Program-made: the position numbers and the translations under genes
Assembly: GCA_965662235.1 (NCBI GenBank)
Contig: CBFIGY010000005.1
Span: 1-64,000 of the forward strand
Reading direction: 5' to 3'
From: an uncultured bacterium
GTDB taxonomy: Bacteria; SAR324; NAC60-12
Length of the DNA stretch: 64,000 bases
Notes under the pieces: model-generated
What the model saw: the letters and a program-made list of their open reading frames with translations, nothing else
Told to the model about the DNA's origin: nothing
The model's database searches: none
Shown: positions 58,534 to 64,000 of the stretch, in pieces
Numbering within the stretch: the first letter of the stretch is position 1
Layout of the letters: each line of letters starts with the position of its first letter

Positions 58534-58803
58534 AGTCATGTGGACGGTGCTCCAGGGCGGTACAATACCTCTATTTTTTTGGAGAATGCAGCAAGCATTC
58601 TATCGGGGGGGACGTTAATCTGTTCCCCTGTCAAAGTCCCTCCCTTCAGGGACGGATGTTACCTGCAAGCCCGAAGGTTCGGGTTTCCAGGGAGTGGTGA
58701 GGCGCACCGGAGCGACCGGTGCTTGGGGCGTCTCCCAGGGAAACCATAAGGGCACCTTGCCCACTTTTGACTGACTCACAACCTTTTCACGGGGGCACAA
58801 CCG

Positions 58804-60591
58804 ATGAAAAAACGAAACCTGAGCTACTTCGGCCTGGCCGCAGCAGCACTTCTCGCGTTTCCAGCGGGGCCAGCACTGGCCACAACGGACGCCGAAATCC
58901 TCAACGACCAGAACAGCGTTGAGGACGTCCTGGGCACCGGACTGGGACCCCAAGGCCAGCGCTACAGCCCGCTGACCGACATCAACAAGGACAACGTCCA
59001 AAACCTGCTCCCCGCCTGGGCCTTTTCCTTTGGGGGAGAGAAGCAGCGCGGACAGGAGACGCAGCCGCTCATTGAGGACGGTGTGATGTACGTCACCGCG
59101 TCCTACTCTCGTCTGTTTGCGGTGGACGCACGGACGGGTGAGGAGCTGTGGCAGTATGAGGCCCGCCTCCCGGACGGCATCATGCCCTGCTGTGACGTGG
59201 TCAACCGTGGCGCTGCCCTGAGTGGCGACAAGGTGATCTTCGGCACCCTAGACGCCAAACTCGTGGCGCTGAACAAGAAGAACGGGAAGGTCGTCTGGAG
59301 CAAGAAGCTCGGAGACTACAAGGCTGGCTACTCCTACACGGCAGCGCCGTTGGTGGTGAACAGCATGGTCATCACCGGTGTGTCTGGTGGTGAATTCGGC
59401 ATCGTCGGGAAGGTTGAAGCCCGCGACGTCAACACCGGAGAACTGGTCTGGTCCCGTCCCACCGTTGAGGGACACATGGGCACCCTGAACGGCAAGGACA
59501 ATGGCATTACCGGCGGCAGCGCGGGTAAGACCTGGCCGGGAGAAATGTGGAAGTTCGGCGGCGCGGCCACCTGGCTGGGCGGCACCTACGATCCAGACAC
59601 GGGCCTCGCCTTCTTCGGAACCGGAAACCCGGCTCCGTGGAACGCGTACCTGCGGAAGGGCGACAACCTCTACAGCACCTCCACCCTCGCCATTGACGTC
59701 AACACCGGCGTCATCAAGTGGCACTTCCAGGGCACCCCGAACGACCACTGGGACTACGATGGCGTCAATGAGTTCGTCTCCTTTGACTACATTGACCCCA
59801 AGACCGGTCGCACCATCAAGGCCGGCGCCAAGGCTGACCGAAACGGACACTTCTACGTCCTCAACCGTGAGAACGGCAAGTGCATCCGGGCCCTCCCGTT
59901 TGTGGAAGTGAACTGGACCGAAGGTCTGGACGAAAACTGCCGTCCGCTCCCGAATCAGCTGCGCCCCGGAAATCCGGCTGGCCAGGACAAGGGAGAGCCG
60001 ATTGTGGTCTACCCGTCCTTCCTCGGTGGCAAGAACTGGATGCCGATGGCCTACAGCCAGCGCACCGGTAACTTCTACGTGCCCTCCAACTCCTGGGCGA
60101 TGGACCTCTGGAATGAGCCCGTCACCTACAAAAAAGGCGCTGCCTACCTCGGCGCCGGCTTCACCATCAAGCCGCTGCACGACGATTACATCGGCGCGCT
60201 GAAGGCGATTGATCCCCGCACGGGTGACATCAAGTGGGAGAAGCGCAACACGGCTCCGCTGTGGGGCGGTGTCCTCACCACGGGTGGCGGACTGGTGTTC
60301 TACGGAACCCCGGAAGGCCAGTTCATGGCTGTGGACGATGAGACCGGCGAGACCCTCTGGAAGTTCCAGACCGGTTCCGGCATCGTGGGCTCCCCCGTTA
60401 CCTGGCGCATGGATGGTGAGCAGTACGTCACCGTCGTGTCCGGATGGGGTGGTGCTGTTCCGCTGTGGGGCGGCGAAGTGGCCAAGACCGTCAACTACCT
60501 CAACCAGGGTGGCATGGTCTGGACCTTCAAGCTTCCGAAGCTGAGCACCTACAACAACCGCCAAGACACGTTGCAACTCGGCAGCAACTGA
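58804..60591 (+). CDS. pedH: PQQ-dependent alcohol dehydrogenase, lanthanide type (PedH/ExaF-like)
   Basis: [10 protein letters not shown], vicinal [47 protein letters not shown]. Confidence 0.9.
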   Translation: MKKRNLSYFGLAAAALLAFPAGPALATTDAEILNDQNSVEDVLGTGLGPQGQRYSPLTDINKDNVQNLLPAWAFSFGGEKQRGQETQPLIEDGVMYVTASYSRLFAVDARTGEELWQYEARLPDGIMPCCDVVNRGAALSGDKVIFGTLDAKLVALNKKNGKVVWSKKLGDYKAGYSYTAAPLVVNSMVITGVSGGEFGIVGKVEARDVNTGELVWSRPTVEGHMGTLNGKDNGITGGSAGKTWPGEMWKFGGAATWLGGTYDPDTGLAFFGTGNPAPWNAYLRKGDNLYSTSTLAIDVNTGVIKWHFQGTPNDHWDYDGVNEFVSFDYIDPKTGRTIKAGAKADRNGHFYVLNRENGKCIRALPFVEVNWTEGLDENCRPLPNQLRPGNPAGQDKGEPIVVYPSFLGGKNWMPMAYSQRTGNFYVPSNSWAMDLWNEPVTYKKGAAYLGAGFTIKPLHDDYIGALKAIDPRTGDIKWEKRNTAPLWGGVLTTGGGLVFYGTPEGQFMAVDDETGETLWKFQTGSGIVGSPVTWRMDGEQYVTVVSGWGGAVPLWGGEVAKTVNYLNQGGMVWTFKLPKLSTYNNRQDTLQLGSN

Positions 60592-60598
60592 GCACCTC

Positions 60599-60620
60599 GG
60601 GAGGAGTTTCGGCTCCTCCC
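60599..60620 (+). other. UUCG-loop hairpin after the dehydrogenase gene
   Basis: GGGAGGAGT-TTCG-GCTCCTCCC. Confidence 0.65.
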
Positions 60621-60752
60621 CCACATTCCCTGGTTTTCTTCCTAGATACCGGAACCTTCGTCTGCCTGGAGATGCGGAAGCTCACATGACCGGTCCAGCC
60701 TCCGCCCTCTCCACGCGGCACAGACTCCAAACCCCCTATTTTTGGAAGCACC

Positions 60753-61172
60753 ATGAAACTCATTGCAAGCACCCTTCTTCTCTTCGTCAGCCTCATCGGC
60801 TGGTCCGGCCTTGCCTTCTCCCACGGAGACGTCACTCCGCAGCTTGTCGACACCACGGGTCTTGACCCCCTGGGAGAAGAGTGGCTGGATGAAAACCCCT
60901 ACCGCGGAAACGCCCGAGCCATTGAGATCGGCGCCTCAGCCTACAACCAGAACTGCGCTCGCTGCCATGGCCTTGAGGCCATCTCCGGAGGCATTGCCCC
61001 CGACCTGCGCATGCTTCCTGTGGGCATGGAAGGCGACGAGTGGTTCCTGATGCGCATCCGCAACGGTGTCGTCCGCAACGGGATGACCTACATGCCCGCG
61101 TTTGAAGAAGTCTTCAGCCAAGAAGCCATGTGGGCCATCCGTAGCTGGCTGGATACGGTTCATGTGGAATAA
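60753..61172 (+). CDS. pedF: Cytochrome c550 (PedF/ExaB)
   Basis: HGDVTPQ, NPYRG, YNQNCARCHG, SGGIAPDLR, YMPAF. Confidence 0.92.
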   Translation: MKLIASTLLLFVSLIGWSGLAFSHGDVTPQLVDTTGLDPLGEEWLDENPYRGNARAIEIGASAYNQNCARCHGLEAISGGIAPDLRMLPVGMEGDEWFLMRIRNGVVRNGMTYMPAFEEVFSQEAMWAIRSWLDTVHVE

Positions 61173-62103
61173 GCTGCTCTGCATCATCGGGCTGCTGCTG
61201 GTCTCGCTGAGTCCGGCCAGCGCCCGTTTGCTCGATGATGTTGTTGAGTCGGGGTACATTTCGATTGCGGTGTACACCGACTTTCCTCCGTTTTCGTATC
61301 AGGAGAACGGCGAGCCCAAAGGGTCTGATGTGGAAATTGGGCGAGAGATCGCCCGACGACTCGGACTGGAGCCTCGCTGGCACTGGCATGAGGCAGGGGA
61401 AAACGTTGATGCCGACCTGCGGGTGGCTGTGGGCAAGGGCAACGCCATTCGCAACTGGGACGTCGCGGACTTCATGCTGCGCGTCCCCTTTGATCTCGAA
61501 TTTGCCATTCGCAATGAGCTGGTCGCCATCATGGCTCCCTACCAGTCGGAGACCTTCTTGCTGGCACATGATGTCCGCAAGATTGAGACGTTCCCGAACT
61601 ACGCCATCTTCATGTACGAGAAGGTGGGCGTCGAGTTGGACAGCATCCCGGACTTCATCCTCTCGGGCATGTTTGGAGGACGCCTCAACCGCGGCATTGT
61701 CCGCTACCCCAACCTGACTGACGCCACCAACGCGCTCCGTGCAGGTGAGGTGTCTGCCGTCATGGGGCTCTCGGGACCTGTGGAAAGCATGGTCTCGGGC
61801 GCCGAGAACATTAACGTGTTTCAGCCTCCTCTCGCCGGGCTCCTCACGCCGCAACGGGTGATCCGTTGCCCAGACATTAAAAAAGACTGGACCTCCAAAG
61901 TTGAAATTGAAGCCGAGTGTACCTACGAAATGGCAGAACCCCGGACCGAATGGGACATCGGGATGGCCGTGCGTCAGGACTCTCGAGACCTGGGGTACGC
62001 GCTGGAAGACCTGGTGATGCAGATGGTGGATGACGGCACCATGGAGAAGATCTATGCCCAGTATGGCATGACGTACCGGCTTCCCGAGTACCTGCAACCC
62101 TGA
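61162..62103 (+). CDS. Quinoprotein-dehydrogenase-associated substrate-binding protein (MxaJ/PedG-like)
   Basis: IAVYTDFPPFS, ADFMLRVPFD, GVELDSIP, WDIGMAV. Confidence 0.82.
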   Translation: MWNKLLCIIGLLLVSLSPASARLLDDVVESGYISIAVYTDFPPFSYQENGEPKGSDVEIGREIARRLGLEPRWHWHEAGENVDADLRVAVGKGNAIRNWDVADFMLRVPFDLEFAIRNELVAIMAPYQSETFLLAHDVRKIETFPNYAIFMYEKVGVELDSIPDFILSGMFGGRLNRGIVRYPNLTDATNALRAGEVSAVMGLSGPVESMVSGAENINVFQPPLAGLLTPQRVIRCPDIKKDWTSKVEIEAECTYEMAEPRTEWDIGMAVRQDSRDLGYALEDLVMQMVDDGTMEKIYAQYGMTYRLPEYLQP

Positions 62104-62115
62104 TTGAGGAAGAGA

Positions 62116-63087
62116 ATGCTGTTCAAGCGACTGTTCACCCTTGCCGCCTCCAGCCTCCTGCTGGGAGCGGTGGCTTCTGCTACCACCGTCCGTGTCGCCA
62201 GTACCAAGACCGGCACGGTGAACTGGGAACTGAACGCCATTGTGGAAAACGGCCTGGACCGTCAGGCAGGCATTGAGCTGGAAATTCTGGAGCTGGCCGA
62301 CATTGGGGCCACCCGGATGGCCGTCCAGCAAGGCGCCGCAGACGTGGCCGTGGCCGACTGGATGTGGGTCTCCCGCATGCGGGACCAGGGCCACTCCTTT
62401 AGCTTTGTCCCCTACTCCTCGTCGGTCGGAGGCCTGATGGTCCAGCCCGACTCCGGAATCACGTCCATCAAGGACCTTGAGGGCAAAAAACTCGGGGTCG
62501 TGGGAGGCGCGCTCTCCAAGGGGTGGCTGATGCTGCAGGCCCTTGGTCAGCAGGAAGGCCTTGATCTCGACTCCATTGAAAAGGTGTTTGGCGCGCCCCC
62601 TCTGCTCAGCAAAGAGCTGCAGGCCGGACGCGTGGATGCCGTGATCACCTACTGGCACTTTGCTGCCAAGCTGGAAGCCGCTGGCATGAAGCGGCTGATG
62701 AACCTGACGGACGTGGCGCCGCAGCTCGGCATCTCAGAGCAGGTGCCCATGCTCGGGTACATCTTCATGGAAGACTGGGCCAAGGCGAATCCGGAAGCCA
62801 TTGCCGGCATGGTTCAGGCGTCCACCAGCGCCAAGGAACTGCTCGCCCGCAGTCCGGACGCGTGGACACCGCTGCGCCCGAAGATGGGGACCAAAAATGA
62901 CGCCGAGTTTGAGCAGCTCAAGCGTGGGTACCTGGAAGGCACCCCGCAGCCGGTGACGGCCGCTGGTGTCCGAGACGCCAAGAAGCTCTTCCGGATCCTC
63001 GGAAAGCTCGGTGGCAAGAAGCTCATTGGCGACAGCACACAACTGGCTGAAGGAACCTTCTGGGGAGTGGCTGACGTCGAGTCATGA
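62116..63087 (+). CDS. SsuA/THI5-like ABC substrate-binding protein (PqqT-like candidate)
   Basis: GTVNWEL, DWMWVSRMR, FGAPPLL, YWHFAAKL; located in a PQQ cluster. Confidence 0.78.
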   Translation: MLFKRLFTLAASSLLLGAVASATTVRVASTKTGTVNWELNAIVENGLDRQAGIELEILELADIGATRMAVQQGAADVAVADWMWVSRMRDQGHSFSFVPYSSSVGGLMVQPDSGITSIKDLEGKKLGVVGGALSKGWLMLQALGQQEGLDLDSIEKVFGAPPLLSKELQAGRVDAVITYWHFAAKLEAAGMKRLMNLTDVAPQLGISEQVPMLGYIFMEDWAKANPEAIAGMVQASTSAKELLARSPDAWTPLRPKMGTKNDAEFEQLKRGYLEGTPQPVTAAGVRDAKKLFRILGKLGGKKLIGDSTQLAEGTFWGVADVES

Positions 63088-63836
63088 GGCAACAGAACTG
63101 GGGGGCGTGGGGATCCTTACTGCTGATCATCGGGGCGTGGCATCTGGCGGCCTCTGGTCAGTGGGTTCCGTTTTTGCCCACCCCGGGAAAGACCCTGGAA
63201 GTCCTCTGGGCAGAGGCGCAGAGTGGTGAGCTGTGGTGGCACCTCGGTGTCACCCTGAAACGGGTCCTGATCTGCTTTGTGGTTGCCATGATCACCGGAA
63301 GCCTCATTGGCATTGCCATGGGGCGCTCCGAGCGGGTCAACTCCACCCTCGACCTCTGGCTGGTGATTCTGCTCAACGTCCCGGCCCTGGTGACGATCAT
63401 CCTCTGCTACCTGAGCATGGGACTGGTGGAGGCTGCAGCCTTGCTGGCTGTGATCCTGAACAAGGTTCCCAATGTCACCGTGATCCTGCGGGAAGGCGCC
63501 CGGAGCTTCAACCCGCAGTTCAATGCGCTGGCCATCAGCTACCGGCTCTCCTGGACGGATCGTTTCTGGCACATCCTGTTGCCTCAGCTGGCCCCTTACC
63601 TGGCGGCCGCCTCCCGTTCCGGACTGGCCCTCATCTGGAAAATCGTCCTGGTGGTGGAGCTGCTGGGACGGAGCAACGGCGTTGGGTTTCAGCTGCATTC
63701 CTACTTCCAGCTCTTTGACGTGGCCGGAATTCTGGCCTACAGTGCTGCCTTCATCGTGGTGGTGCAGCTCATTGAGTGGCAGGTTCTGCAGCCTCTGGAA
63801 CGCTGGTCCAATCGCTGGAAGGCGGTGGCGGCATGA
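63084..63836 (+). CDS. SsuC/TauC-like ABC permease
   Basis: [31 protein letters not shown]. Confidence 0.88.
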   Translation: MRQQNWGAWGSLLLIIGAWHLAASGQWVPFLPTPGKTLEVLWAEAQSGELWWHLGVTLKRVLICFVVAMITGSLIGIAMGRSERVNSTLDLWLVILLNVPALVTIILCYLSMGLVEAAALLAVILNKVPNVTVILREGARSFNPQFNALAISYRLSWTDRFWHILLPQLAPYLAAASRSGLALIWKIVLVVELLGRSNGVGFQLHSYFQLFDVAGILAYSAAFIVVVQLIEWQVLQPLERWSNRWKAVAA

Positions 63837-64000
63837 GCCAAGGTTCCGTTCACCTCCACATTCGGCAAAAGGCGTTTCCGGGACGTGCCGGGGAGCCGCC
63901 TCGGGTGGTGCTGGAGAATGTCGAGATCGCAGTTGAGCCCGGAGAGTTCATTGCGCTTTCGGGGGCCTCCGGATGCGGCAAGACCACTCTTCTGAACATC
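63833..64000 (+). CDS. ABC ATP-binding protein (partial, runs off the window)
   Basis: ATG 63833 overlaps the upstream stop; translation reaches Walker [14 protein letters not shown]. Confidence 0.85.
   Translation, partial: MSQGSVHLHIRQKAFPGRAGEPPRVVLENVEIAVEPGEFIALSGASGCGKTTLLNI

Larger units (their letters stand above)
187..63973. repeat. Dispersed, highly iterated palindrome TCCGGA
   Basis: About 130 copies by hand count, in coding and intergenic DNA and in all three frames. Confidence 0.8.

Noticed and set aside
58534..58803. pqqA peptide or sigma54 promoter upstream of pedH
   Set aside because: I found no short ORF with an E-x-x-x-Y PqqA pattern and no correctly spaced GG-N10-GC consensus.
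441..60646. CTAG seemed frequent for a GC-rich genome
   Set aside because: A hand count of about 70 is well below the roughly 220 expected from base composition. It is not enriched without a proper Markov test.
1..64000. CRISPR arrays, tRNA/rRNA, IS elements, prophage or defence genes
   Set aside because: I saw no spaced direct repeats, cloverleaf motifs, transposase, integrase or phage proteins.

Overview
A GC-rich (roughly 60% by eye), gene-dense chromosomal segment of a Gram-negative bacterium. Gene content suggests a marine deltaproteobacteria-like lineage such as SAR324, but this is inference only. I found no rRNA, tRNA, CRISPR array, integrase or transposase. In order, the window holds: a LacI-regulated sugar/compatible-solute ABC importer with a GH63 hydrolase; bestrophin; DUF1295; a PedB/PedC (LutE/F)-type ABC pair joined to a two-subunit NAD-linked Mo/W formate dehydrogenase; the ffh-rpsP-rimM-trmD-rplS-rnhB-yraN-rpsT block; a degenerate receiver domain and a degenerate cyclophilin; an orphan atypical murG; acyl-CoA dehydrogenase; pal-tolQ-tolR; tatA; fliN; hemL; lon-R3H-Mini-III; a sigma28-driven orphan flagellin; uraH; PFOR with a DHOD-like gene; a convergent phosphorus-uptake island (AfuABC-like + PiT facing phnDCEE + DUF47); SoxW-like, beta-barrel and GST genes; and an AraC-led cluster for a lanthanide-type PQQ alcohol dehydrogenase, cut off by the window end. 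The most notable unannotated signals are: (1) the palindrome TCCGGA iterated about 130 times (hand count) in all reading frames; (2) a 50-aa ORF missed by the ORF track behind a multi-hairpin leader with GGA loops; (3) a 41-aa lipoprotein coupled to murG; (4) a split lanthanide/PQQ-to-formate oxidation system with a non-canonical regulator.
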